Shown here piece by piece: positions 22,761 to 30,889 of a stretch of DNA of 30,889 bases. The notes beneath the pieces are model-generated. The model was not told the origin of the DNA, ran no database searches, and saw only the letters and a list, made by a program, of their open reading frames with translations. The DNA lies in the IMG/VR virus record IMGVR_UViG_3300033507_000092, positions 1 through 30,889 of that record. One strand, 5' to 3'. Source of the stretch: a virus. Its lineage: Duplodnaviria > Caudoviricetes. The stretch's first letter is position 1. Each line of letters starts with the position of its first letter. The position numbers were made by a program, and so were the translations under genes.

Positions 22761-25232
22761 GTGAACTGGGACAACTACGACAGCGTGCTGGCGCAGCTGC
22801 GCGCCGCTGGGTTGCTGGTCGACGACATCGTGGTCGGCCAGCGTTGCCGCGTCCGGATGGAAGACGACCGCGAGAAGCGCGGCTGGTACCACCTGCACGA
22901 GATGCCCATGGACCACGGCCGCGCCGTGCTGGTGGGCAGCTTCGGCGTCTGGCGCGGCGCCGACAACGGCGCGCAGAAGATCCGGCTCGACCGCTCCAAG
23001 ACGCTCACCGCCGAGCAGCAGACCGCCATCCGCGACCGCATCGCCGCCGACCGCAAGGCCAGCGACGCCGCACGCAAGCGCGAGATCGATCGCGCCGCAG
23101 CCCGCGCCCAGGCCATGTGGCTGAAGCTGCCCACCTCTGGCGACAGCGAGTACCTGCGACGCAAGCTCGTTGCCCCGCACGGCGTGCGCTTCTCTGCCAA
23201 CGGCACCGTGCTGCTGCCGCTGTGCGACGTGCACGGCAAGGTCTACGGCCTGCAGGCCATCTACCCCCGCGGGCACGAGAAGGCCCGCCGCCTGGGCCGC
23301 GACAAAGACTTCTGGCCCGCTGGCCTGGCCAAGCAGGGCCACTTCTTCCTCATCGGCTCGCCCGCGTTCGGCGGCGTGTGCATGCTGGCCGAGGGCTACG
23401 CCACCGCCGCCACCGTGCACGAGGCCACCGGCCTGCCCGTGGCCGTGTGCTTCGACGCCGGAAACCTGGTGCACGTGGCCGGTGCGCTGCGCTCGCGTTG
23501 GCCGCGGCTGCGCCTGCTGGTGCTGGCCGACGACGACTACCTGGGCAAGTGCCGCGCCTGCGGTGAACTCACACCCACCGCCGACCCCGCGTGCGCCCAC
23601 TGCGGCGAGCCGCACCGCGCCACCAACGCCGGCATCGCCGGCGCCCAGGCCGTGGCGTTGTCGGACGAATCCACCTGGCTGGCGCCGCACTTCGCAGCCC
23701 AGCGCCCGCTCGACCGCAAGGGCCCCACCGACTGGAACGACCTCCACGTGGCGGAGGGCCTGCACGTCGTGCGCGCGCAGGTTGAGGCCCACCTCCTGGC
23801 GATCAAGTGGCGGCCCGCGGCGGGCGCGGCGCCTGCCTCCTCCACCAAAGGGGGAGGGGGTGGCGACAGTGGCGACGACCTGCGCTCCATCGGCACGGTC
23901 GACGAACTGCACCGCCGCTACGCGCTGGTGTACGAAGCGGCCGAGACCGTCTTCGACGCGCAGGAACACAAGCTCGTGCCGCTGGCCAGCATGCGCAACC
24001 TGTGCACCAGCCGGCAGATGCACCGCGACTGGATGGAGTCGGCCGACAAGCGCGTCGTGCGGCTGGAAGAGGTCGGCTTCGACCCTGGCGAGCAGGACGC
24101 GAACATCAAGTGCAACCTCTGGGCAGGCTGGCCCACGCGGCCGCGGGCCGGTTCGTGCGAGCTGCTGCTCTCGCTGGGCGAATACCTCTGCAGCCAAGAC
24201 CGCCGCGCCGCCGAAATGTGGCTGTGGCTGCAGCGCTGGCTGGCCTACCCCATCCAGCACCCGGGCGCGAAGATGAAGACCGCCGTCATCATGCACGGCC
24301 CCCAGGGCACCGGGAAGAACCTCTTCTTCGAAGCCGTGCTGGCCATCTACGGCAACTACGGCCAGCTCGTCGACCAGGACGCGATCGAAGACAAGTACAA
24401 CGACTACCTCAGCCGCAAGCTCATGCTGGTGGCCGACGAGGTGGTGGCGCGCCAGGAGATGTTCCACGCGAAGAATAAGCTCAAGGGCCTGGTCACCAGC
24501 GACTGGATCCGCATCAACCCCAAGTTCGTGGCCAGTTACCGCGAACGCAACCACGTCAACCTCGTCTTCCTGAGCAACGAAGTCCAGCCCATGGCGCTGG
24601 AACGCGACGACCGCCGCTACGGCGTCATCTGGACGCCGGGCAAGTGGCAGGCCGAGCTCTACAACGCCGTGCTGGCCGAGATCCGCGCCGGCGGCGTGGC
24701 CGCGCTGCACCACCACCTGCTGCACATCGACCTGGGCGACTTCGGCCCGGCCACGTTGCCGCCGATGACCGATGCGAAGACCGCCCTCGTCGAGCTCGGC
24801 ATGGACAGCAGCGAACGCTTCTTCGTCGAGTGGACTGCCGAGCGCCTGTCGATGCTGCCCGTGTGCACCGTGCGCAGCGAAGACCTGTACCAGGCCTACA
24901 CCCACTGGTGCCGCATGCAGGGCGTCAGCAAGCCCGCACAGCTCAACACCTGCATGGGCAGCTGGGTGAAGCGCCCGGGCACGCGCAAGTCACGCGAACG
25001 GCACCTCCTGAACCACAGCCTCACGCGCGAAGTGCAGAGCACCGTGCTGCACCCGCCCGGCGTCGAGGCGCCAGCCAACCGCACCGACCTCACCGCAAGC
25101 ATCAACCGCTTCGCCGAAGGGCTGCGCGAGTGGCGCGACATCACCACCGAACCCGCGCGCAAGCCCTTCCAGCCGACCGGCTATGCCAACCGCGCCCCCA
25201 AAGCCATGGAGGAAGCCGATGCACCGTACTGA
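22761..25232 (+). CDS. Primase-helicase (TOPRIM plus SF3/D5-like helicase)
   Basis: TOPRIM motifs AEGYATA, FDAGNL and LADDD; Walker A GPQGTGKN, Walker B VADE, motif C FLSN. Confidence 0.92.
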   Translation: MNWDNYDSVLAQLRAAGLLVDDIVVGQRCRVRMEDDREKRGWYHLHEMPMDHGRAVLVGSFGVWRGADNGAQKIRLDRSKTLTAEQQTAIRDRIAADRKASDAARKREIDRAAARAQAMWLKLPTSGDSEYLRRKLVAPHGVRFSANGTVLLPLCDVHGKVYGLQAIYPRGHEKARRLGRDKDFWPAGLAKQGHFFLIGSPAFGGVCMLAEGYATAATVHEATGLPVAVCFDAGNLVHVAGALRSRWPRLRLLVLADDDYLGKCRACGELTPTADPACAHCGEPHRATNAGIAGAQAVALSDESTWLAPHFAAQRPLDRKGPTDWNDLHVAEGLHVVRAQVEAHLLAIKWRPAAGAAPASSTKGGGGGDSGDDLRSIGTVDELHRRYALVYEAAETVFDAQEHKLVPLASMRNLCTSRQMHRDWMESADKRVVRLEEVGFDPGEQDANIKCNLWAGWPTRPRAGSCELLLSLGEYLCSQDRRAAEMWLWLQRWLAYPIQHPGAKMKTAVIMHGPQGTGKNLFFEAVLAIYGNYGQLVDQDAIEDKYNDYLSRKLMLVADEVVARQEMFHAKNKLKGLVTSDWIRINPKFVASYRERNHVNLVFLSNEVQPMALERDDRRYGVIWTPGKWQAELYNAVLAEIRAGGVAALHHHLLHIDLGDFGPATLPPMTDAKTALVELGMDSSERFFVEWTAERLSMLPVCTVRSEDLYQAYTHWCRMQGVSKPAQLNTCMGSWVKRPGTRKSRERHLLNHSLTREVQSTVLHPPGVEAPANRTDLTASINRFAEGLREWRDITTEPARKPFQPTGYANRAPKAMEEADAPY

Positions 25233-25295
25233 TCGACGCCGTCAAGCCAGCAGCCAGGCCGCCGCGCGGCCCGCCGTGCGCAACATGCGCGGGTT

Positions 25296-25578
25296 TGTGC
25301 AGGCTGTGCAGGCGCCTGTGAAGGCACTTGTGCAGGCACTTGTGCAGCGGTCAAAAGCCCCGTTTTCCCAGGTGGCCGGCCTGTCTGTGCAGGCTGTGCA
25401 GGCCCATCACGCATGCGTGACGCGCGACGCGCGTTGCGCCTGCATGCACGACGCGGGCCACGCGCATCCCGCGCGCATCACGCGATCCCACACACCCTGC
25501 ACACCTAAAAAAATCGTTGAGGGACAGCAGCTTGCAGCGTGCACCCGGCTATGCAGCCTGTGCAGCCGCCCTTGCACA
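25296..25578. repeat. Iteron cluster (TGTGCAGGC), probable replication origin
   Basis: Direct copies at 25296, 25305, 25317, 25329, 25341, 25386, 25395, 25550 and 25559; inverted copies at 25495 and 25570; immediately after the primase-helicase. Confidence 0.75.
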
Positions 25579-25616
25579 GGGCCAGGTGCTGAAGCCAACC
25601 ATCGGAGGGAACCGGC

Positions 25617-25853
25617 ATGACGACGAGGCGCAAACTGATGTCGGCGGTCAATCGCAAGGCCAACCGACTGGCGCAGGAAAGCATTCCGCACCTGGTGAGG
25701 GCCCTGCTGAACATGGCGGCCCACGACGCGCCAGCCGATGCCGCGGCAATGGTTTGCGTTGTCGAGGCCGCCAGCCTGGATGACGTCATTGCAAGGCTGC
25801 ACATCGAAGGCGCCAGCGCAGGTCAAGCTGTCGACGCGGAGGTCAGCCCGTGA
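25617..25853 (+). CDS. Hypothetical protein
   Basis: GGAGG RBS; GTGA coupling to the next gene. Confidence 0.55.
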   Translation: MTTRRKLMSAVNRKANRLAQESIPHLVRALLNMAAHDAPADAAAMVCVVEAASLDDVIARLHIEGASAGQAVDAEVSP

Positions 25854-26233
25854 CGCCGGCGAACTTTGCCTGCACCAGTGGCTTGTCAAGCCCGCTGGCG
25901 CCGGTGGCCGAAGACCAGCGCTTCACGGCCCTGGAGTGGTGGGAGGAAGACCCGAACCACGATCGCCATGTCAGCCACGTCATGCTGCACCAGGGCTTCG
26001 ACCTGAGCGCAGCAGGGATCTGGTCGCATGACATCGCGCCGTGCCTGCTGTGCGCGCCGTTGCCGCCTGGCAGCGACCCGGCGCTGATCCTGGACGATGA
26101 CCAGCCGGCCTCTCGGCGACGGATCCACTTCGTCTGCTGCGGCAACTGCGGCACGCGGGGGCCCTGGGCAGGCAGCGAAAGCCAGGCGCTGGCGCTGTGG
26201 AACGCGGCGCACGAGAGGAACGGCCATGTCTGA
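25850..26233 (+). CDS. Lar-like zinc-ribbon protein
   Basis: APCLLC...FVCCGNCGTRGP...A.ALWN matches the Lar (restriction alleviation) family pattern. Confidence 0.6.
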   Translation: MTPANFACTSGLSSPLAPVAEDQRFTALEWWEEDPNHDRHVSHVMLHQGFDLSAAGIWSHDIAPCLLCAPLPPGSDPALILDDDQPASRRRIHFVCCGNCGTRGPWAGSESQALALWNAAHERNGHV

Positions 26234-26768
26234 CAGCGACACGGCGACCCACACCGCCGCCTTCGGCACCCAGGCCGACTTCGGCCGCGCCCAGGGCTGG
26301 GGCAAGAGCTACGTCACCAAGCTCAAGCACGAAGGCCGGCTGGTCTTCACGCCCGAAGGCCTGGTCGACTTCGTCGCCAGCCTGGCCCGCATCCAGGCCA
26401 CCACCGGCGCGCCTGAACGGGCCAGTTCGCCGGCCGTCAGCAGCAGCGCGCGCAGCGACAAAGACCGCCAGGCCTTCTATGACGCCGAGAAGAGCCGCAT
26501 CGACCTCGAGGAGCGCATCGGCAAGCTGCTCGACCGCGAAGAGCAGATGGCCGCGCTGGCCGACGCCGCCGTCACCCTGCGCGCCAGCCTGGAAGCCTGG
26601 CCCGAAAGGTTGAGCTCGTCGCTCTCGGCGCTGGACGGTGACGAGCAGCGCATCCGCGCTTTCCTCGTCGACCACGTCGAAACCGCGCTGGCTGAACTCT
26701 CGGCGCGCTTCGCCGCCATGGCCGTTTCTGCGCGCGAATCGGCGCGCGAACAAAGCGCGGCGGCCTGA
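26226..26768 (+). CDS. terS: Terminase small subunit (Nu1-like)
   Basis: N-terminal winged HTH (QADFGR..GW.KSYVTKLK..GRL) and a coiled coil ending GKLLDR; TGATG coupling to terL. Confidence 0.8.
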   Translation: MSDSDTATHTAAFGTQADFGRAQGWGKSYVTKLKHEGRLVFTPEGLVDFVASLARIQATTGAPERASSPAVSSSARSDKDRQAFYDAEKSRIDLEERIGKLLDREEQMAALADAAVTLRASLEAWPERLSSSLSALDGDEQRIRAFLVDHVETALAELSARFAAMAVSARESAREQSAAA

Positions 26769-28759
26769 TGCAGCAGCTGCGCCCGCCCCGGGCCCGCCCA
26801 CTGCTCTTCGCCGCGCTGGCGCGTGCGCTCGCGCCGCGCAAGGCGCGCAGCGTCAGCGACTGGGCCGACGACCACCTGGTGGTCAGCAGCAAGAGCGGCA
26901 CCCTGGCGGGCCGCTGGGTGACGGCGAACAACCCGCCGCTGCGCGAGCCGATGGACTGCTTCAGCACCCGCAGCCCGGTGCGCGACGTGGCCGTCAAGTT
27001 TCCCATCCAGTTCGGCAAGAGCGAGATCCTCAAGGCCGTGGCCGCCTACACAATGGTCAACCGGCCCGGGCCCATCATGGTGTGCTACCCCAGCGAGGTC
27101 AGCCGCGACAAGGGCGTCAACCAGAAGTGGCAGCCGCTGTTCGAAGCCACGCCCGTGCTGCGCTCGGCGCTGCGCAGCAGCAACAGCCGCGAGACAGCCA
27201 ACAGCCGCTTCTTCAAAGACTTCGCCGGCGGCCAGTGGTACGCCGAACACGCCGGCAGCCCCGTGCGCCTGAAGAGCACCAGCGTCATGCTGCTCGAGGT
27301 CGACGAGCTAGACGAAGTCGCTTCCCAGCTGCAGACCGGCGACGACCCGCTGCAGATGCTCAACGGCCGCACCAGCGCCTACCCGGCCACCTACAAGCGC
27401 CTGTACGTCAGCACCCCGCAGCTCAAGAGCACCAGCCGCATCGAACACCTGTGGGAAAACAGCGACCAGCGCCGCTACCACGTGCCGTGCCCGCACTGCG
27501 GCCACGAACAGCCGCTGCAGTGGGCCGCGTTGCACTGGTCTGAACACCCTGGCGCCGACCAGCGGCGCCACGTCTGGCTGGCCTGCGAAAGCTGCGGCGG
27601 CGTCGTCGAAGAGCGCCACAAGACCGCCATGATCGCCGCCGGCCGCTGGGTGCCGGGCCGCCCCGGCGCCCGCATCCGCGGCTACCACCTCAACTGCCTG
27701 TACTACGCCATCGGCCTGGGCCCGCGCTGGGCCGAACTGGTGGACGAATGGCTCGAAAGCCAGGGCGACCCCGCGCGCCTGAAGACCTTCGTCAACGACC
27801 GCCTGGCCGAAGCCTGGGAAGACGCCAGCACCCGCCGCGTCAAAGCCAACATCGTGGCCGAACGCGCCGAGCCTTACCCCCTGCGCACCGCGCCGGCCGG
27901 CGTGCTGCGCATTACCGCGGGCGTCGACACGCAAGACAACCGGCTGGCCGTGCAGATCATCGGCTGGGGCCGCGGCCGCACCTGGTGGGTGCTGGACTAC
28001 GTCGAACTGCCCGGCGACCCCGCGCAAGACGACGTGTGGACCGCGCTCACCGAACTGCTGAACCGCCCCATCGCGCACGCCAGCGGCGCCACGCTCAGCG
28101 TCGAGGCCGTGCTCATCGATGCCGGCGGTCACCGCACCGAAGCCGTCAAGGCCTACGTGCGCGACCGCCGCGTGCGGCGCCCCATGGTCGGCTTCGGCGC
28201 CACCGCCAACACCGCGCCCGTGCTCAGCAAAGGCAAGCTGCACGACGTTACCTGGCGCGGCCAGTACGATAAGCGCGGCGTGCTCACCTACCAGATCGGC
28301 ACCGTGGCCGTGAAGCACACCCTGTTCGCTGCGCTGGCCGCCGACGCCGATGCGCACCAGGCCTGGGAACTGCTGCCAGATGGCAGCGAGAAGCCGCTCA
28401 TGCCCGCGCGCCAGTGCCACTTCAGCGACCAGCTGCCGACGGAGTACTTCCCGGGCCTCATCAGCGAGATCTTCAACCCCGCGAAGAACCGTTTCGAAAA
28501 GCGCCGTGGCGGCGTGCGCAACGAGCCGCTGGACACCTGGGTCTACGCCTATGCCGCCGGCCACCACCCCGAGCTGCGCCTGCACCGCGCCACCCGCGAC
28601 GAGTGGGACGCATGGGAAGCGCGGCTGCCGTCGATGGTGGCGCCGGTACCGGCCCGGGCCACGGCCGCTGCGCGGGCTGGTGCGCCAAGCGCGACCCCCA
28701 CATCCCATCGCCCGCCGCCGCCACCTGCCGCCCGCACCACCCTCAACCGCTCCTGGTAG
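26768..28759 (+). CDS. terL: Terminase large subunit (lambda GpA family)
   Basis: QFGKSE, DELD, STP, YHVPCPHCG, TAGVDTQ, IDAGG and RNEPLDT motifs. Confidence 0.95.
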   Translation: MQQLRPPRARPLLFAALARALAPRKARSVSDWADDHLVVSSKSGTLAGRWVTANNPPLREPMDCFSTRSPVRDVAVKFPIQFGKSEILKAVAAYTMVNRPGPIMVCYPSEVSRDKGVNQKWQPLFEATPVLRSALRSSNSRETANSRFFKDFAGGQWYAEHAGSPVRLKSTSVMLLEVDELDEVASQLQTGDDPLQMLNGRTSAYPATYKRLYVSTPQLKSTSRIEHLWENSDQRRYHVPCPHCGHEQPLQWAALHWSEHPGADQRRHVWLACESCGGVVEERHKTAMIAAGRWVPGRPGARIRGYHLNCLYYAIGLGPRWAELVDEWLESQGDPARLKTFVNDRLAEAWEDASTRRVKANIVAERAEPYPLRTAPAGVLRITAGVDTQDNRLAVQIIGWGRGRTWWVLDYVELPGDPAQDDVWTALTELLNRPIAHASGATLSVEAVLIDAGGHRTEAVKAYVRDRRVRRPMVGFGATANTAPVLSKGKLHDVTWRGQYDKRGVLTYQIGTVAVKHTLFAALAADADAHQAWELLPDGSEKPLMPARQCHFSDQLPTEYFPGLISEIFNPAKNRFEKRRGGVRNEPLDTWVYAYAAGHHPELRLHRATRDEWDAWEARLPSMVAPVPARATAAARAGAPSATPTSHRPPPPPAARTTLNRSW

Positions 28760-28766
28760 CCGCCCC

Positions 28767-29180
28767 ATGCCCAAGCCTACGCCACAAGCCCAGCACCTGC
28801 CGTCGCAGCCCATCGCCGACCCCGACCTCGTCGACCGCCTCTTCGAGTTCCTCCGCGACGACCCCCGGCTGCCGAAGATGCCGCCCGCCGTCCTGGCCGA
28901 AGTCAAGGCCGACCTGCGCTGCGAGTTCCGCGACGAAGTGCGCCGCACCTCGCCGCTGGAACGGCAGCAGCGCGTGCACCAAGTGCTGGCGCTCTTCAAC
29001 GGCCGCAACGCCACCGAGGTGGCCCGCAGCCTGGGCATCGGCCGCGCCACGGTGTACCGCTACCTCAAGCAGCAGGGCAGCCGCCCGCCTGGCGCCGCCA
29101 TCTTCCGCGTCGCGCCGTCAGACCGTCTCACATTCCCTGGAAATGAGACAGACCCCCCGATAACTTCAGGCGACGCCTGA
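28767..29180 (+). CDS. Mor/C-like late transcription activator (HTH)
   Basis: FNGRNATEVARSLGIGRATVYRYLK; lies between terL and the head operon. Confidence 0.7.
   Translation: MPKPTPQAQHLPSQPIADPDLVDRLFEFLRDDPRLPKMPPAVLAEVKADLRCEFRDEVRRTSPLERQQRVHQVLALFNGRNATEVARSLGIGRATVYRYLKQQGSRPPGAAIFRVAPSDRLTFPGNETDPPITSGDA
29125..29149. promoter_or_regulatory. Dyad GTCTCA-N13-TGAGAC, candidate late-activator binding site
   Basis: Perfect 6-bp inverted repeat ending 77 nt upstream of the gpW start. Confidence 0.5.
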
Positions 29181-29226
29181 CCCTCGCGCGCGGGGTGCTG
29201 GCGGCAACCTTGCAGCCACGCCACCC

Positions 29227-29448
29227 ATGCCATTCACGTCGACAGACCTCGCCAACGTAGACGCCGCCATCGCCTCGGGCGAGCTGGCCGTCGAAGTGAA
29301 CGGCAAGCGCATCACCTACCGCAGCGTGCAAGAGCTGATGGTCGCGCGCAGCGCCATCCTCAACGACATTGCCACCACCGGCGGCACCAACGCCGGCCCG
29401 CGCCGCGGCGCCTACCGCGTCACCTTCACCACCGCGCGGGGCGACTGA
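29227..29448 (+). CDS. Head-tail joining protein (gpW-like)
   Basis: DAAIASGEL.VEVNGKRITYRSV.EL motif; precedes the portal gene. Confidence 0.85.
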   Translation: MPFTSTDLANVDAAIASGELAVEVNGKRITYRSVQELMVARSAILNDIATTGGTNAGPRRGAYRVTFTTARGD

Positions 29449-30889
29449 TGGCCGGCCCCAACCTCAACGCGCTGGACCGCCTGCTCGGCTACCTGTCCCC
29501 CGGCGTCGCCATCAAGCGCATGCGCGCCCGCGAGGCGCTCACCCGCGCCTACGAAGGCGCCAGCCTGCGTGACGGCTGGCGCCCCCGCCGCGCCGGCGCC
29601 AGTGCCAACACCGACCACGCCGCTGACGCCGGCGCCCTGCGCGTGCGCAGCCGCGCGCTGGTGCAGAACGTGCCGTACATCCGCCGCGGGCTCGACAGCC
29701 TGGTGGCCAACATCATCGGCACCGGCATCACGCCGCGCAGCCTGTCTCCGCTCGCCACGCAGATCGACCAGCTCTGGAACGAATGGGCCGCGGTGGCCGA
29801 CGCCGACGGCCGGCTCGACCTCTACGGCCTGCAGGCCGCCGGGCACCGCGCCATGGAACAAGACGGCGAGGTGCTCATCCGCCTGCGCCCGCGCCGCGCC
29901 GAAGACGGTCTGCCCGTGCCGCTGCAGCTGCAGCTGCTGGAAATCGACTGGCTCGACAACAGCAAGAACGGCGCGCACAACGCCAACACCATCGTCAACG
30001 GCATCGAATACAGCCCGCTGGGCCGCATCGTCGCCTACTGGCTGTGGGACCAGCACCCCGGCGAACTCACCCAGGCCCGCCGCAGCCGCGCCAGCAGCTA
30101 CCCCGTGCCGGCCGACCGCATCGTGCACCTGTTCAACCCCGAGCGCCCGGGCCAGGGCCGCGGCTTCCCGCGCCTGGCGCCGGTGATTGCCCGCGTGCGC
30201 GACCTGCAGCTCTACGAAGACGCCGAGCTGCAGCGCAAGAACATGGAAGCGCGCCTCAGCGTGCTGGCCAGCGGCGACGCCAGCGCCATGAGCATGACCG
30301 AAAGCACCGACCAGGCCACCGTGCGCGCCACCGGCGAACTCGGCAGCCTGGCCAGCGGCAGCATCGTGCAGGTGCCCAGCGGCATGAACATGACCGTCGT
30401 CGAGCCCAAGGTCGCGCCGGGCTACGTCGAATACCTGCAGTTCAACCTGCACCTGGTGGCTGCCGGCATGGGCGTCACCTACGAAATGCTCACCGGCGAC
30501 GTGAGCAAGGTCAACTTCAGCAGCGCCCGCGTGGCCCTGCTCGAATTCCGCCGCGGCGCTGAGCAGCTGCAGTGGCTGACGATCATCCCGCGCCTGTGCA
30601 CGCCCATCTGGCGCGCCTTCATCGACGCGGCCGTGCTGGGCGGCGCGCTGCGCAGCGCCGACTACGGCGTTGACTGGTCTACCCCCAAGTGGGACTACGT
30701 CAACCCCGAGCAAGACGTCGCCGCTGACCTGGCCGAAATCAGCGGCGGCCTCAGCAGCTTCAGCGAGAAATTGCGCCGCCGCGGCTACAAGCCCGACCTG
30801 GTCTTCGCCGAGCTGAAGGCCGACCTGGACCGCCTGCGCAGCGACGGCACGCTCGACGTGCTGCTGCAGCTGCAGACCGGCAAGACGGC
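29448..30889 (+). CDS. Portal protein, lambda family (3' partial, absent from ORF track)
   Basis: ATG 29448 overlaps the gpW stop. Reads RAYEGAS...LRVRSRALVQN...DGEVLIR...ERPGQGRGFP...TGDVSKVNFSSAR...WDYVNPEQD and runs off the window. Confidence 0.93.
   Translation, partial: MAGPNLNALDRLLGYLSPGVAIKRMRAREALTRAYEGASLRDGWRPRRAGASANTDHAADAGALRVRSRALVQNVPYIRRGLDSLVANIIGTGITPRSLSPLATQIDQLWNEWAAVADADGRLDLYGLQAAGHRAMEQDGEVLIRLRPRRAEDGLPVPLQLQLLEIDWLDNSKNGAHNANTIVNGIEYSPLGRIVAYWLWDQHPGELTQARRSRASSYPVPADRIVHLFNPERPGQGRGFPRLAPVIARVRDLQLYEDAELQRKNMEARLSVLASGDASAMSMTESTDQATVRATGELGSLASGSIVQVPSGMNMTVVEPKVAPGYVEYLQFNLHLVAAGMGVTYEMLTGDVSKVNFSSARVALLEFRRGAEQLQWLTIIPRLCTPIWRAFIDAAVLGGALRSADYGVDWSTPKWDYVNPEQDVAADLAEISGGLSSFSEKLRRRGYKPDLVFAELKADLDRLRSDGTLDVLLQLQTGKT

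Larger units (their letters stand above)
1..30889. mobile_element. Temperate siphophage genome (lambda-like GpA terminase/portal head), near-complete, in attP (excised/circular) configuration
   Basis: Head, tail, int/xis, cI/cro, replication and packaging modules are all present. The window starts mid-capsid and ends mid-portal, and tail genes abut the integrase across a tRNA-derived core. Confidence 0.95.

Noticed and set aside
25296-25578. CRISPR array, or the 145-aa ORF 25183-25620
   Set aside because: Repeats are 9 bp, irregularly spaced and in both orientations, with no spacers; the ORF is just translated iterons.
22653-30713. Long antisense or alternate-frame ORFs (for example 22653-24905, 27308-29050, 29412-30713; likewise 4546-6648)
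   Set aside because: Shadows of real high-GC genes, with no motifs of their own.

Overview
A nearly complete, high-GC temperate siphophage genome with a lambda-type head, probably from a Burkholderiales host (inference). It is circularly permuted: the window opens inside the capsid gene and closes inside the portal gene. Order: head/tail genes (1-11216, +); attP, which is the 3' half of a tRNA-His lying inside the 3' end of the integrase; int and xis; an early-left operon (-); the cI/cro switch; cII-like gene; a cos-like site; primase-helicase and iteron cluster; terS/terL; a Mor-like activator; gpW; portal. The main unexpected signal is a phage-borne integron at about 12831-15268. It has an internally deleted IntI-type integrase, two similar attI-like sites and two well-formed attC sites whose R boxes match their cassette ends over 12 and 10 bp. 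The cassette genes run antisense to the usual integron direction, so they sit in the phage early-left transcript. The att sites are translated: both attC sites supply the stop codon of the upstream gene, and one also supplies the RBS and start codon of the next. Other points: integration should rewrite the Int C-terminus; there is a lambda-type GGGAAAG tail-chaperone frameshift; a deletion scar fuses two convergent accessory genes; the cos-like site is displaced from terS; and no lysis cassette is recognisable. All calls were made by eye with no database searches.
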